A stretch of DNA of 64,000 bases from an uncultured Solirubrobacteraceae bacterium (GTDB lineage: Bacteria; Actinomycetota; Thermoleophilia; Solirubrobacterales; Solirubrobacteraceae), in contig CAVQNR010000004.1 in NCBI GenBank assembly GCA_963714245.1, positions 438,804 to 502,803 of the forward strand. The letters run 5' to 3'. The translations under genes and the position numbers were made by a program. A model generated the notes under the pieces. It did no database searches, was not told where the DNA came from, and was given only the letters and a program-made list of their open reading frames with translations. Below, one piece after another: positions 9,078 through 19,132 of this stretch (its first letter is position 1; each line of letters begins with the position of its first letter).

Positions 9078-9085
9078 ACTTAAGT
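9078..9085. promoter_or_regulatory. Putative response-regulator site (ACTTAAGT palindrome) in the divergent ABC/TCS gap
   Basis: AT-rich palindrome in a GC-rich gap between divergently transcribed transporter and two-component genes. Confidence 0.35.
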
Positions 9086-9133
9086 AGGTGGCGCCCGAAG
9101 CGGTCCGGGCCTACCGTTGCTAAGCAGACAGCA

Positions 9134-10390
9134 ATGGCGACCGCCCACCCGACCGATCACACGATGCCCCGCTGGCAGCGATCGCTGCTGCCGGCGATGC
9201 TCGGCGCCGATCACGCCGATCGCGGCGGTCGACAAGGCGCTCACCTCCCGCGCACGCTGCGCGACTGGGTCGTCGACCTGATGATGTTCGGCTTCTCGGT
9301 CGCGCTCGGCGCGGCGGGGGTGTGGCAGAACGCGGGCGCCGCGCCCCGGTGGTGGATCGCCATCGACGTGGTCGTCGGTCTCGCGGTCTGCGGGGCGCTA
9401 TGGCTGCGCCGTGACCATCCGCTGGCGGTGGGGGTGGCGTCCGTCGTGGTCTCCGCGTTCAGCGGGATGGCCGGCGCTGCCGCGCTCTGCGCGATCTTCA
9501 CGGTCGCGATCTACTGCGTCCCGCGCCGGACGATCCAGGTGGTGCTGCTGTCGGCCGTCGCCACCGGGGTCTACGCCGCGCTCTACACCACAGACGGCAA
9601 TTACCGCACGGCGGACGCGGTGGTCGGGGTGATCGCGTCCGTCGCCGCGGCGGCGTTCGGGCTGTTCGTGCGGGCGCGCCGCGAGCTGGTGCTGTCGCTG
9701 CACGAGCGCAACCGCCGCCTGCAGGCCGACCAGGAGCGGCGGATGCAGGAGGCCCGGCGTTCGGAGCGTGACCGGATCGCGCGCGAGATGCACGACGTGC
9801 TCGCCCATCGGATCTCGCTGCTGTCGCTGCACGCGGGCGCGCTCGAGTTTCATCCCGACGCGACGCCCGAGGAGATCGCCAAGGCCGCCCGGGTGATCCG
9901 CGTTTCCGCGCGCGCCGCCCAGGAGGAGCTGCGCGAGGTGATCGGCGTGCTGCGTGCCGATGCGGGCGAGGAGCAGCTCGAGCCTCCGCAGCCGCGGCTG
10001 GCCGACCTCACGCGGCTGGTGGACGAGTCCAGACGCGCGGGCATGGACGTGCGACTCGACGCCCAGATCGACCCCGAGGCGCTGCCCGACACGCTCGGCC
10101 GGACGGTCTACCGGCTGACCCAGGAGGCGCTGACCAACGCCCGCAAGCACGCGCCCGGTCAACTGGTGACGATCGAGCTGGGCGGCGACCAGGACCGAGG
10201 GGTTCGGCTCGCGGTGATCAATCTCCCGAAGGTCGGCGGCGCCCCTGACGCGTCCGCTCATGACCACGTCGGCTCCGGCACCGGGTTGATCGGCGTCGGC
10301 GAGCGGGTGACGCTCGCCGGCGGCACGCTGCACCACGGTCCGTTGCCCGGCGGCGGCTTTGAGCTGGTGGCGGAGCTCCCGTGGGAGTGA
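9134..10390 (+). CDS. Membrane sensor histidine kinase (HisKA_3 type)
   Basis: Several TM helices; ERDRIAREMHDVLAH H-box; QEALTNARKHA; GTGLIGVGER. Confidence 0.95.
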   Translation: MATAHPTDHTMPRWQRSLLPAMLGADHADRGGRQGAHLPRTLRDWVVDLMMFGFSVALGAAGVWQNAGAAPRWWIAIDVVVGLAVCGALWLRRDHPLAVGVASVVVSAFSGMAGAAALCAIFTVAIYCVPRRTIQVVLLSAVATGVYAALYTTDGNYRTADAVVGVIASVAAAAFGLFVRARRELVLSLHERNRRLQADQERRMQEARRSERDRIAREMHDVLAHRISLLSLHAGALEFHPDATPEEIAKAARVIRVSARAAQEELREVIGVLRADAGEEQLEPPQPRLADLTRLVDESRRAGMDVRLDAQIDPEALPDTLGRTVYRLTQEALTNARKHAPGQLVTIELGGDQDRGVRLAVINLPKVGGAPDASAHDHVGSGTGLIGVGERVTLAGGTLHHGPLPGGGFELVAELPWE

Positions 10391-11052
10391 CGCGCCCGGT
10401 CCGGGTCGTGATCGTCGACGACGACGCGCTCGTGCGCGGGGGTCTGAAGATGATGCTGGGCGGAGCGAAGAGCATCGAGGTCGTGGGCGAGGCGGACGAC
10501 GGCTCCGAGGTGCTGGCGGCGGTCGATCTCCACCATCCGGACGTGGTGCTGCTCGACCTGCGGATGCCGCGCCTCGACGGGATCGGCGCGCTGGCGCTGC
10601 TCAAGCAGCAGCCGAGCCCGCCCGCGGTCGTGGTGCTGACGACGTTCGACACCGATGACCATCTGCTGGAAGCGCTGCGCAGCGGCGCCGCCGGCTTCCT
10701 GGTGAAGGACACGCCGCCCGCCGACATCGTCCGCGCGATCGAGCTGGTCGCGGCCGGGGAGAGCATGCTGTCCCCGACGGTCACCCGCAAGCTGATCGAT
10801 CGGCTCGCGTCCGACGACGACGGGGGCGGCGCCCGCCGCGCGCAGGCCCGGGAGCGGCTGTGCGAGCTGACCGACCGCGACCGCGAGATCGCGCTGGCGG
10901 TCGCCGAGGGCAAGGCCAACGCAGCGATCGCGGCCGAGCTGCACCTGAGCGTCGCGACGATCAAGAGCCATGTCTCGGCGATCCTCTCGAAGCTTGGACT
11001 CGACAACCGCGTGCAGATCGCGCTGCTCGTTCAGGACGCGCGCCGGCGATAG
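10387..11052 (+). CDS. NarL/LuxR-family response regulator
   Basis: IVDDD, LLDLRMP, LTTF, FLVK receiver motifs; LuxR HTH; GTGA overlap with kinase. Confidence 0.95.
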   Translation: MTRPVRVVIVDDDALVRGGLKMMLGGAKSIEVVGEADDGSEVLAAVDLHHPDVVLLDLRMPRLDGIGALALLKQQPSPPAVVVLTTFDTDDHLLEALRSGAAGFLVKDTPPADIVRAIELVAAGESMLSPTVTRKLIDRLASDDDGGGARRAQARERLCELTDRDREIALAVAEGKANAAIAAELHLSVATIKSHVSAILSKLGLDNRVQIALLVQDARRR

Positions 11053-11102
11053 CGGCCGGCCCGAATTCCGCCCGAGACCATCTGCTTTACTGGTTCGCCG
11101 CG

Positions 11103-11306
11103 ATGCCGAAGATGAAGACCCATTCGGGCGCAAAGAAGCGCTTCAAGCTGACCGCCAAGGGCAAGGTCCGTGGCCGTCACGCGAACACGAGCCACATCCT
11201 TGAGAAGAAGGCGCCCAAGCGCAAGCGCCAGCACGGCCGGCCGGCCGTGATCTCGTCCCACGACGAGCCGCGGGTCAAGAAGCTGCTCGGAGCCAAGCGG
11301 CCATGA
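11103..11306 (+). CDS. rpmI: 50S ribosomal protein L35
   Basis: [17 protein letters not shown]. Confidence 0.97.
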   Translation: MPKMKTHSGAKKRFKLTAKGKVRGRHANTSHILEKKAPKRKRQHGRPAVISSHDEPRVKKLLGAKRP

Positions 11307-11665
11307 CCAGAGTCAAGCGTTCGGTCAACGCTCGCAAGAAGCGCCGCGCGACACTCGCGCTGACCAAGGGCTACCGCGGGGACGCCAGTCGGCACTACCG
11401 CGCCGCCAAGGAGGCGCTGCTCAAGGCCGACCAGTATCGCTACCGGGATCGACGCAACCGCAAGCGGGACTTCCGCCGGCTGTGGATCACTCGGATCAAC
11501 GCCGGGGCCCGTCAGCACGGAATGTCGTACTCGCAGTTCATCCATGGGCTGCAGGTGGCGGGTGTCGAGCTCGATCGCAAGATCCTCGCCGACATGGCGG
11601 TCAACGACCCCGACACGTTCCGACGCTTTGCCGAGCGCGCCCAGGAGGCGCTGGCCACCGGCTGA
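11303..11665 (+). CDS. rplT: 50S ribosomal protein L20
   Basis: [32 protein letters not shown]. Confidence 0.98.
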   Translation: MTRVKRSVNARKKRRATLALTKGYRGDASRHYRAAKEALLKADQYRYRDRRNRKRDFRRLWITRINAGARQHGMSYSQFIHGLQVAGVELDRKILADMAVNDPDTFRRFAERAQEALATG

Positions 11666-11698
11666 GCCCCGCAACGCCGAGACCAGCACCGCCACACG

Positions 11699-11737
11699 GG
11701 CGCCGCTTCCGCACAGGAGCCGGCGCCTTTTTTGTTT
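11699..11737 (+). terminator. Intrinsic terminator after rplT
   Basis: GGCGCCGCTTCC-GCACA-GGAGCCGGCGCC followed by TTTTTTGTTT. Confidence 0.85.
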
Positions 11738-11759
11738 CCCGAACACGTCTGACCAGCCG

Positions 11760-12485
11760 ATGACCACGATCACCAGCCACGACAACGCCAAGCTCAAGGA
11801 GATCCGCAAGCTCACCCAGCGCCGGCGTGAGCGCGAGCGTGTCGGGCGGTTTGTGGCCGAGGGCGAGGATCTGCTTGCGGCCGCCGACCGCGCCGGCTGG
11901 TCGCCGATCGAGCGGCTGTGCGCGGCCGGCAGCGGGCTGGCCGGGCTCGAGGTCGAGCCGCAGCTGCTGTCGCAAGCGGCCGGGATCGCCTCCGGCACGC
12001 GGGCGGTCGCGGTCTATGAGGAACGCTGGGCTCAGGCACCGGCGGGTCCCGTGTGCGTCTATCTGCACGGCGTTCGCGACCCCGGCAACGTCGGCACGAT
12101 CCTGCGCGGAGCAAGCGCATTCGGCGCCGACTCGGTTGTGTTCGGCGCCGGCACCGCCGACCCGTTCTCGCCCAAGGCGGTGCGGGCGTCGATGGGTGCG
12201 GTGTTCGAGGTCGCGCTGGTCCGAGCCGGCGACGCGGCCACGGCGCTGTCGGCGCTGCCGGGCACGACGGTGGCGCTGGTGGCCGGCGCGGGCGTGTCAC
12301 TGGCCGACGCCGAGCTGAGCGGACCGGTCAGCCTGCTCGTGGGCTCCGAGCGTGACGGCCTGCCCGAGGAGCTGGTCGGCGCTGCCGATCTGACCGCCAG
12401 GATCCCGATCGCCAACCACTCGCTGAACGCCGCGATGGCCGCGACCATCGCGCTCTACGAAGTATCTAGGATGCGCCCCCGATGA
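11760..12485 (+). CDS. TrmH/SpoU family RNA methyltransferase
   Basis: MTTITSHDNAKLK, FVAEG, VRDPGNVGTILR, VRASMG, VGSERDGL, SLNAAMA. Confidence 0.93.
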   Translation: MTTITSHDNAKLKEIRKLTQRRRERERVGRFVAEGEDLLAAADRAGWSPIERLCAAGSGLAGLEVEPQLLSQAAGIASGTRAVAVYEERWAQAPAGPVCVYLHGVRDPGNVGTILRGASAFGADSVVFGAGTADPFSPKAVRASMGAVFEVALVRAGDAATALSALPGTTVALVAGAGVSLADAELSGPVSLLVGSERDGLPEELVGAADLTARIPIANHSLNAAMAATIALYEVSRMRPR

Positions 12486-13561
12486 CCGAGACGACCGAGC
12501 GCATCGAGGCGATCCGCCGGGAGGCGGCGGACGCGATCGGGACCGCCGAGACGACCGCCGCGCTGGAGGAGATCCGGATCCGCTACCTCGGCCGCAAGGC
12601 CGAGCTGCCCAACCTGCTGCGCGGCGTCGCTCAACTCGCCCCCGAGCAGCGCGCCGCGACCGGCAAGGCCGCCAACCATGCGCGCCAGGCGCTGGAGGCG
12701 GCGATCGAGGCGCGCGGGGGAGAGCTGGCGAGCGCCGAGTTGCACGAACGGCTCGGGCAGGACCGGATCGACGTGACGCTGCCGCCCGACCCGCTGCCGG
12801 CAATCGGCCGGTTGCATCTGATGACGCGGACCCGGCGCGAGATCGAGGACGTGTTCGTCGGGCTCGGCTTCAACGTCGCCGAGGGTCCCGAGATCGAGAC
12901 CGTCTACTACAACTTCGACTCTCTCAACTTCACGGCGACGCATCCGTCCCGGCTCGAGTCCGACACGTTCTACCTCAAGCCGGCGGACGACCTGTTTGAC
13001 CCCGACACGCAGTTGCTGCGGGTCCACACCTCGCCGATGCAGGTACGCGCGATGGAGTCCCAGTCGCCGCCGATCTACATCATCGTCCCGGGACGTGTGT
13101 ACCGGCCGGACTCCGACGCCACGCACACCCCGCAGTTCCATCAGATCGAGGGTCTGGCGGTCGACACCGACGTGACCCTCGCCGACCTGCAGGGCACGCT
13201 GCTGGCGTTCGCGCGCGCGATCTTCGGGCCCGATCGGGAGGTTCGGCTGCGGCCGCACTTCTTCCCGTTCACGGAGCCCTCGGTCGAGGTCGACGTCTCC
13301 TGTTTTCATTGCGACGGCGGCGTCATGGCCGACGGCTCGCGGTGCCCGCTGTGCAAGGGCTCGGGGTGGATCGAGATCCTCGGGTCCGGGATGGTCGATC
13401 CGAACGTGTTCGCACACGTCGCGCAGCACGGCTACGACCCCGAGCAGGTGCAGGGGTTCGCGTTCGGGATGGGGATCGAGCGGATCGCGATGCTCAAACA
13501 CGGCGTCCCCGACCTGCGGCTGTTCTACGACAACGACATCCGCTTTCTGGAGCAGTTCTAG
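12482..13561 (+). CDS. pheS: Phenylalanine--tRNA ligase alpha subunit
   Basis: HPSR..DTFY, LRVHTSPMQ, DATHTPQFHQIEG, FPFTEPS, GFAFGMGIER; CxxC..CxxC insert. Confidence 0.99.
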   Translation: MTETTERIEAIRREAADAIGTAETTAALEEIRIRYLGRKAELPNLLRGVAQLAPEQRAATGKAANHARQALEAAIEARGGELASAELHERLGQDRIDVTLPPDPLPAIGRLHLMTRTRREIEDVFVGLGFNVAEGPEIETVYYNFDSLNFTATHPSRLESDTFYLKPADDLFDPDTQLLRVHTSPMQVRAMESQSPPIYIIVPGRVYRPDSDATHTPQFHQIEGLAVDTDVTLADLQGTLLAFARAIFGPDREVRLRPHFFPFTEPSVEVDVSCFHCDGGVMADGSRCPLCKGSGWIEILGSGMVDPNVFAHVAQHGYDPEQVQGFAFGMGIERIAMLKHGVPDLRLFYDNDIRFLEQF

Positions 13562-13568
13562 GCCCGCG

Positions 13569-15986
13569 ATGAGAGTTCCGATCGAATGGCTGCACGACTA
13601 CTGCGCTCCTGAGCTGAGCACGACGGCGCTGGCCGAGCGGCTGGCGATGACCGGCACCGAGGTCGAGCGAATCGAGCATCACGGCGTCGCCGCGCTGGAG
13701 AACTTCGTCGTCGGCAAGGTCCTCGCCGCCGCCCAGCATCCCGATGCGGATCGGCTGCGTGTCTGCCAGGTCGACACCGGCGATGGCGGCGAGCCGTCGC
13801 AGATCGTCTGCGGCGCGCCGAATGTCGCGGCCGGCCAGACGGTCGCGGTCGCAAAGCCCGGTTCGGTGATGCCCGATGGCACCAAGCTGAAGGTCGCCAA
13901 GCTGCGGGGTCAGCGCTCGCACGGGATGATCCTGGCCGAGGACGAGGTCGCGATCGGCACCGACCACGACGGGATCATGGTGCTCGACGACAGGCTGGCC
14001 GCCGGCACGCCGCTGGCCGAGGTGTTGCCGATCTCGACCGACGTGCTGACGCTCGAGATCACGCCCAACCGGCCCGACTGCCTGGGGATCTACGGCGTCG
14101 CCCGCGAGGCCCACGCCGCCACCGGCGCGCCGCTGGCGCCGCCGCCCTGGCGCGAAGATCCCGGATCCGAGGGCGGCGTCGACGGTGCCGCGGTGACCGT
14201 CGAGTGTCCGGACCTGTGCCCGCGGTTCACCGCCCGGGTGTTCGAGGACGTCACCATCGACGAATCGCCCGCCTGGCTGAAGGCACGGCTGATGGCCGCC
14301 GGTCAGCGGCCGATCTCCAACGTCGTCGACATCACCAACTACGTGATGCTGCTGTCGGGCAACCCGCTGCACGCGTTCGATCTCGACCGCGTGTCCGGCG
14401 GGCACCTGACCGTCCGCCGCGCCACGGATGGCGAGCAGGTCACGACGCTCGACGATCAGACGCGCACGCTGGACTCCGAGATGGTGCTGATCGCCGACGC
14501 CGACGGCCCGACCTCGATCGCCGGGCTGATGGGCGGCGCCCGCTCCGAGGTCCAGAGCGGCACCACCCGGGTGCTGATGGAGGCCGCCAACTGGTTCGGC
14601 GCCAACATCCACCGGACGTCGCTGGCGCTCGGCCTGCGCTCTGAGGCCTCGACCCGCTACGAGAAGCAGCTGCAGCCCGAGCAGGCGCTCGAGGCGCTGG
14701 TGCTGGCCACGCAGCTGATGGTGGAGGTCTGTGGCGCGCGGCTGATGCCGGGGACGATCGATGTCGGCGGCCCAGGCCCCGAGCCACGCACGATCCGGCT
14801 GCGCGACTCCAAGCTGCGCGGGCTGCTCGGCGTCGAGATCCCGCGCGAACGCAGCGCCGAGATCTTGACCGCGCTGGAGTTCGGCGTCGATGACGCCCCC
14901 GACGGCCTGGATGCGACCGTGCCGTCGTTCCGGCGTACCGACGTGACCCGCGAGGCCGACCTGATCGAAGAGGTGTCACGGCTCGGCGCGCTCGAGATCC
15001 TGCCGTCGACGCTGCCCTCGCGCCGCGGCGCCTCGGGCCAGCTGACCGAGCGCCAGCGGCTGCGCCGCGCTGCCGGCGACGCGCTCACCGCCCAAGGCCT
15101 GCACGAGATCGTCGGCTGGAGCTTTGAAGGCCCCGACCGAGCCCAGCGGCTGCGGATCGCCGAACGGCCGGTCGTCGAGCTGCAGAACCCGATGTCGGCC
15201 GAGCAGGCTCGGCTGCGCACGACGCTGCTCGGCTCGCTGCTGGACGCGATGGCGCTCAACCGCGCGCGCGGCGCACAGTCGCTGCGGTTGTTCGAGGCTG
15301 GTGCTGTCTACCTGGCGCCCGATCGCGCCGCCGACCACCCACCGGCGGAGCCCTACCACGTTGCGGCGGCGCTGCACGGGCCGGTCAGGCCTGCGACCTG
15401 GCGCGACGCGGAGCCCGCGCCGGCCGACTTCTTCGCGGCGAAGGGCGCCCTGTCGGGGCTGCTGGACACGATCCGCGTGCCGTGGACCGTCGCCGAGCCG
15501 GGAGACCCGGAGTTGTTTCTACATCCGGGTCGCTGTGGGCAGATCGTGATCGGCGGGCAGCCCGCCGGTTGGATCGGCGAGCTGCACCCGGAGGTCGCCG
15601 CGCTGTGGGACTTCGACGATCCGGTCGCGGCGTTTGAGCTCAATCTCGATCTCGCCGACGCCGTCCGCTCGACGCCACTGTACGCCGATGTCACCAGCTT
15701 CCCCGAGGTCCGGGAGGATCTGGCGGTGGTGGTCGCCGACACGGTGCCGGCGGCCGAGCTGATCGATCTCGCTCGCCGTGCCGGGGGGACGCTGCTGGCC
15801 GGTGCCGAGGTGTTTGACGTCTATCGCGACGAGCAGCGGATCGGCGCCGGCAACGTCTCGCTGGCGCTGCGGCTGCGGTTCCGCGCGTCTGACCGAACGC
15901 TCACCGACGAGGAGGTCGCGGGGCGACGCCGGCGGATCGCCAAGGCACTCACCGACGAGCTGGGGGGGAGGGTCCGTGACGCCTAG
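13569..15986 (+). CDS. pheT: Phenylalanine--tRNA ligase beta subunit
   Basis: HPDADRL, IVCGAPN, ITPNRPD, NVVDITNY, READLIEE, RTLTDEEV. Confidence 0.99.
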   Translation: MRVPIEWLHDYCAPELSTTALAERLAMTGTEVERIEHHGVAALENFVVGKVLAAAQHPDADRLRVCQVDTGDGGEPSQIVCGAPNVAAGQTVAVAKPGSVMPDGTKLKVAKLRGQRSHGMILAEDEVAIGTDHDGIMVLDDRLAAGTPLAEVLPISTDVLTLEITPNRPDCLGIYGVAREAHAATGAPLAPPPWREDPGSEGGVDGAAVTVECPDLCPRFTARVFEDVTIDESPAWLKARLMAAGQRPISNVVDITNYVMLLSGNPLHAFDLDRVSGGHLTVRRATDGEQVTTLDDQTRTLDSEMVLIADADGPTSIAGLMGGARSEVQSGTTRVLMEAANWFGANIHRTSLALGLRSEASTRYEKQLQPEQALEALVLATQLMVEVCGARLMPGTIDVGGPGPEPRTIRLRDSKLRGLLGVEIPRERSAEILTALEFGVDDAPDGLDATVPSFRRTDVTREADLIEEVSRLGALEILPSTLPSRRGASGQLTERQRLRRAAGDALTAQGLHEIVGWSFEGPDRAQRLRIAERPVVELQNPMSAEQARLRTTLLGSLLDAMALNRARGAQSLRLFEAGAVYLAPDRAADHPPAEPYHVAAALHGPVRPATWRDAEPAPADFFAAKGALSGLLDTIRVPWTVAEPGDPELFLHPGRCGQIVIGGQPAGWIGELHPEVAALWDFDDPVAAFELNLDLADAVRSTPLYADVTSFPEVREDLAVVVADTVPAAELIDLARRAGGTLLAGAEVFDVYRDEQRIGAGNVSLALRLRFRASDRTLTDEEVAGRRRRIAKALTDELGGRVRDA

Positions 15987-16998
15987 CGTGGCGGTGCTCG
16001 GCGCCGCCGGTTACGGCGGTGCGCTCTGCGCCCGGCTGGTCGACCGCCATCCGCAGCTTGAGCTCCGGTACCTGACCGCGCGCGGCGACGACACCGGGCG
16101 GCGGCTGTCGGACCTGTACCCGCAGCACCGGGTGGCGCTGACGCTCGAGTCGCTCGACCTCGACCGCCACGCCGCGGTCGACGCCGCGATCGTCGCCTAC
16201 CCGCACGGCGCCGCCGCCGAGGTCGTGTCCGAGCTGCTCGCGCGCGATGTCCGGGTCGTCGACCTGAGCGCGGACTTCCGGCTGCGGGACCCGTTGGTGT
16301 ACGCCGAGTGGTACCGCGAGCACCCCAACCCGGGGTTGATCGCGGACGCCGTGTATGGGTTGCCCGAGCTCTATCGAGAGCGACTGCGTGGTGCGCGACT
16401 GGTCGCCAACCCGGGCTGCTATCCGACCGCGGCGATCCTGTCACTGGCGCCGCTGGCCCGGGCGGGGGTGATCGCGGATGTCGTGATCGACGCCAAATCG
16501 GGCGTCTCCGGCGCGGGCCGCGCGGCGACCGCGAAGACCCATTTCGTCACCGTCGACGAGAACCTGAGCCCCTACGGAGTTCCGCGTCATCGGCACACCC
16601 CCGAGATCGAGCAGGAGCTCGCGGCCTTAGGTCTCGACCTCAGGTTGACGTTCATCCCCCATCTGGTGCCGCTTGACCAGGGCGAGCTCGTCAGCTGCTA
16701 CGTGACCCCTGCCCCCGGTTGGCGGCAGGCGAACGGCAGCGAATCGATCGATCGGATCCGGGCGCTGTATGCGGCCGCCTACGAGCACGAACCGTTCGTC
16801 GAGCTGACCGAGGCGCTGCCGGGGGTGCGCGACGTGCGTGAGACCAACATCTGCCGGATCTCGGTCCAGCACGACGAGCGGACCGGCCGTGTGATCGTGT
16901 TCGGCGTGATCGACAACCTCTGGAAGGGAGCCGCCTCACAGGCGGTTCAGAACCTCAACCTGATGCTCGGCCTGCCCGAGACCGAGGGGATCACATGA
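15976..16998 (+). CDS. argC: N-acetyl-gamma-glutamyl-phosphate reductase
   Basis: GAAGYGG, DLSADFR, ANPGCYPT, SGVSGAG, HRHTPEI, DNLWKGAA; GTG start overlapping pheT end. Confidence 0.97.
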   Translation: MTPSVAVLGAAGYGGALCARLVDRHPQLELRYLTARGDDTGRRLSDLYPQHRVALTLESLDLDRHAAVDAAIVAYPHGAAAEVVSELLARDVRVVDLSADFRLRDPLVYAEWYREHPNPGLIADAVYGLPELYRERLRGARLVANPGCYPTAAILSLAPLARAGVIADVVIDAKSGVSGAGRAATAKTHFVTVDENLSPYGVPRHRHTPEIEQELAALGLDLRLTFIPHLVPLDQGELVSCYVTPAPGWRQANGSESIDRIRALYAAAYEHEPFVELTEALPGVRDVRETNICRISVQHDERTGRVIVFGVIDNLWKGAASQAVQNLNLMLGLPETEGIT

Positions 16999-18254
16999 GC
17001 CCGTTCTTTCGCAGCCGCTGGATCGACCCGCTCGCGCACGTCACCGATCTCGCCGACGACGATGGCTCGGTCGGTCGGGGGCTGCCGATCGGATTCCGCG
17101 CGGCCGGGGTCGCCGCCGACATCAAGCCCAGCGGCGCGGCCGACGTCGCGCTGATCGTCTGCGATCTGCCCGACGTCTCCAGCCATGCGATGTTCACCCG
17201 CTCGGGCACGCAGTCCGCGCCGGTGCTCGTCTGCCGCGAGCGCTGTGAGCTGCAGCGGATCGCCGCGGTCGTCGTCAACTCCGGCAACGCCAACGCGGCC
17301 ACCGGCGCCGCGGGCTTCGCGGACGCGCTGACGATGCAGCAGTTGGCGGCCGCTGCCGCGGAGGTCGACCCCGACCGGGTCGCGGTCGCGTCGACCGGCG
17401 TGATCGGCGTGCCGCTGCCGATGGACCGCGTCCGGGCCGGTATCGCCGAGGCAGGCGCAGGGCTGACCGACGACGGCGACGCGGCGTTCGCCGACGCGAT
17501 CCAGACGACCGATGCGTTTGACAAGCGCGCTCGGGTGCAGGTGCAGTTGCCCGCCGGGACGGTCACGGTGACCGCGCAGGCGAAGGGGGCGGGGATGATC
17601 TCGCCCGGCTTCGCGACGCTGCTGTGCTTCGTGCAGACCGACGCGTCGATGTCGGCCCAGACCTGTGAGCTGCTGCTCAGCGTGTGTGTCAAGCGATCGT
17701 TCGATCGGATCTCGGTTGACGGACAGCTGTCGACCTCGGACACGGTCGTGCTACAGGCGTCGGGTGGCGCCGGGGTCTACGTCGCGTCGGAGTCCGAGGA
17801 TGAGCTGCGGCTCGGCGAGGCGATCGACGCCGTGACGCGACAGCTGGCGCTGCTGGTCGTCGCCGACGGTGAGGGCGCGCGCCGGATCGGCCGCGTCGTC
17901 GTCCACGGCGGCGAAGACCGCACGGTCGAGCGGGTCGCGCGGTCGGTCGCCGACTCGCCGCTGGTCAAGTCCGCCCTCTACGGGGGCGACCCCAACTGGG
18001 GCCGGATCGCGCAGGCGGTCGGTGCGGCGATGCCACACACGGCGCCGTTGGCGCTGGACATCTCGATCGAGGGCGTGCAGGTCTGCTCGGGCGGCGCCTA
18101 CGTCCCGCACGATGCCGAGGCGCTCGCGATAGCCGTGCAGCGTGACGAGGTCTCCTACGAGATCGGGCTGCCGGGCGAGGGCGCCCAGGCGGAGCTCTAC
18201 TTCTCAGACCTCGGGCACGAGTACGTCACGATCAACGCCGACTACACGACATGA
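16995..18254 (+). CDS. argJ: Glutamate N-acetyltransferase / ornithine acetyltransferase
   Basis: NSGNANAATG, STGVIG, TTD, KGAGMI..ATLL, DGEGA, DPNWGR, INADYTT. Confidence 0.97.
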   Translation: MSPFFRSRWIDPLAHVTDLADDDGSVGRGLPIGFRAAGVAADIKPSGAADVALIVCDLPDVSSHAMFTRSGTQSAPVLVCRERCELQRIAAVVVNSGNANAATGAAGFADALTMQQLAAAAAEVDPDRVAVASTGVIGVPLPMDRVRAGIAEAGAGLTDDGDAAFADAIQTTDAFDKRARVQVQLPAGTVTVTAQAKGAGMISPGFATLLCFVQTDASMSAQTCELLLSVCVKRSFDRISVDGQLSTSDTVVLQASGGAGVYVASESEDELRLGEAIDAVTRQLALLVVADGEGARRIGRVVVHGGEDRTVERVARSVADSPLVKSALYGGDPNWGRIAQAVGAAMPHTAPLALDISIEGVQVCSGGAYVPHDAEALAIAVQRDEVSYEIGLPGEGAQAELYFSDLGHEYVTINADYTT

Positions 18255-19132
18255 CCGGATCGATGACCAGCGACGTGTCACTGCGTGATGTCGGCACGCT
18301 GCTGGAGGCGCTGCCCTACATCCGCGAGTTCCACGGCAGAACCGTCGTCATCAAATACGGCGGCGCGGCGATGGTCGACGCGGCGCTCCGCGAGGAGTTC
18401 GCGCGCGACGTGGTGCTGCTCAAGTACGTCGGCATGAACCCGATCGTGATCCATGGCGGCGGGCCGGAGATCTCCTCCTACATGCGCCGGCTCGATCTAC
18501 CGATCGAGTTCGTGGACGGGCTGCGCGTGTCCGATGCCGCGACCGTCGAGGTCGCCAAGATGGTGCTCGTCGGCAAGGTCAACAAGGACATCGTGCTGCG
18601 GATCAACCGCCACGGGCAGCCGGCGGTGGGCCTCTGCGGCGACGACGGCCTGCTGTTCCGGGCCGCGCGCCAGACGGCACCGTCAGGACAGGACATCGGC
18701 TTCGTCGGCCGGATCGAGCGGGTCGACGTCGACGTGCTGACGCACGTCGCCCAGGACTACATCCCGGTGATCGCGTCGGTCGGCTCTGACCGCGACGGCA
18801 ACTCCTACAACATCAACGCCGACGAGGCGGCCGGGGCGGTGGCGAGCGCGCTCGGCGCCTACAAGGTGATGTTCCTGACCGACGTCGCCGGCTGGCTGAG
18901 CGACCCCGACGATCCGACCAGCGTGATCTCCGAGGTCGCCGCCGACCGCGTGCAACGGGCGCTGCCCGAGACCTCGGGCGGGATGCGACCGAAGCTCGCC
19001 GCCAGCCTGCAGGCGATCGACGGCGGCGTGTCGTTCGCGCACATCGTTGACGGGCGCGTGCCGCATTCGCTGCTGCTCGAGCTGTTCACCGACGCCGGCC
19101 AGGGCACCAAGATCGTGCCGGCGATCACATGA
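18251..19132 (+). CDS. argB: Acetylglutamate kinase
   Basis: EALPYI, VIKYGG, HGGGPEI, NINAD, GGMRPK, LLELFTDAG. Confidence 0.97.
   Translation: MTGSMTSDVSLRDVGTLLEALPYIREFHGRTVVIKYGGAAMVDAALREEFARDVVLLKYVGMNPIVIHGGGPEISSYMRRLDLPIEFVDGLRVSDAATVEVAKMVLVGKVNKDIVLRINRHGQPAVGLCGDDGLLFRAARQTAPSGQDIGFVGRIERVDVDVLTHVAQDYIPVIASVGSDRDGNSYNINADEAAGAVASALGAYKVMFLTDVAGWLSDPDDPTSVISEVAADRVQRALPETSGGMRPKLAASLQAIDGGVSFAHIVDGRVPHSLLLELFTDAGQGTKIVPAIT

Noticed and set aside
10860-11102. N-terminal extensions given by the ORF track (rpmI here; also TrmH, argC, zwf, nfo, clpP, ftsQ, gcvH, gcvPB)
   Set aside because: Extensions overlap upstream genes; conserved N-termini begin at the downstream starts used above
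15961-15972. G-run near the pheT end as a phase-variation tract
   Set aside because: Only G7, inside an essential gene with an intact frame
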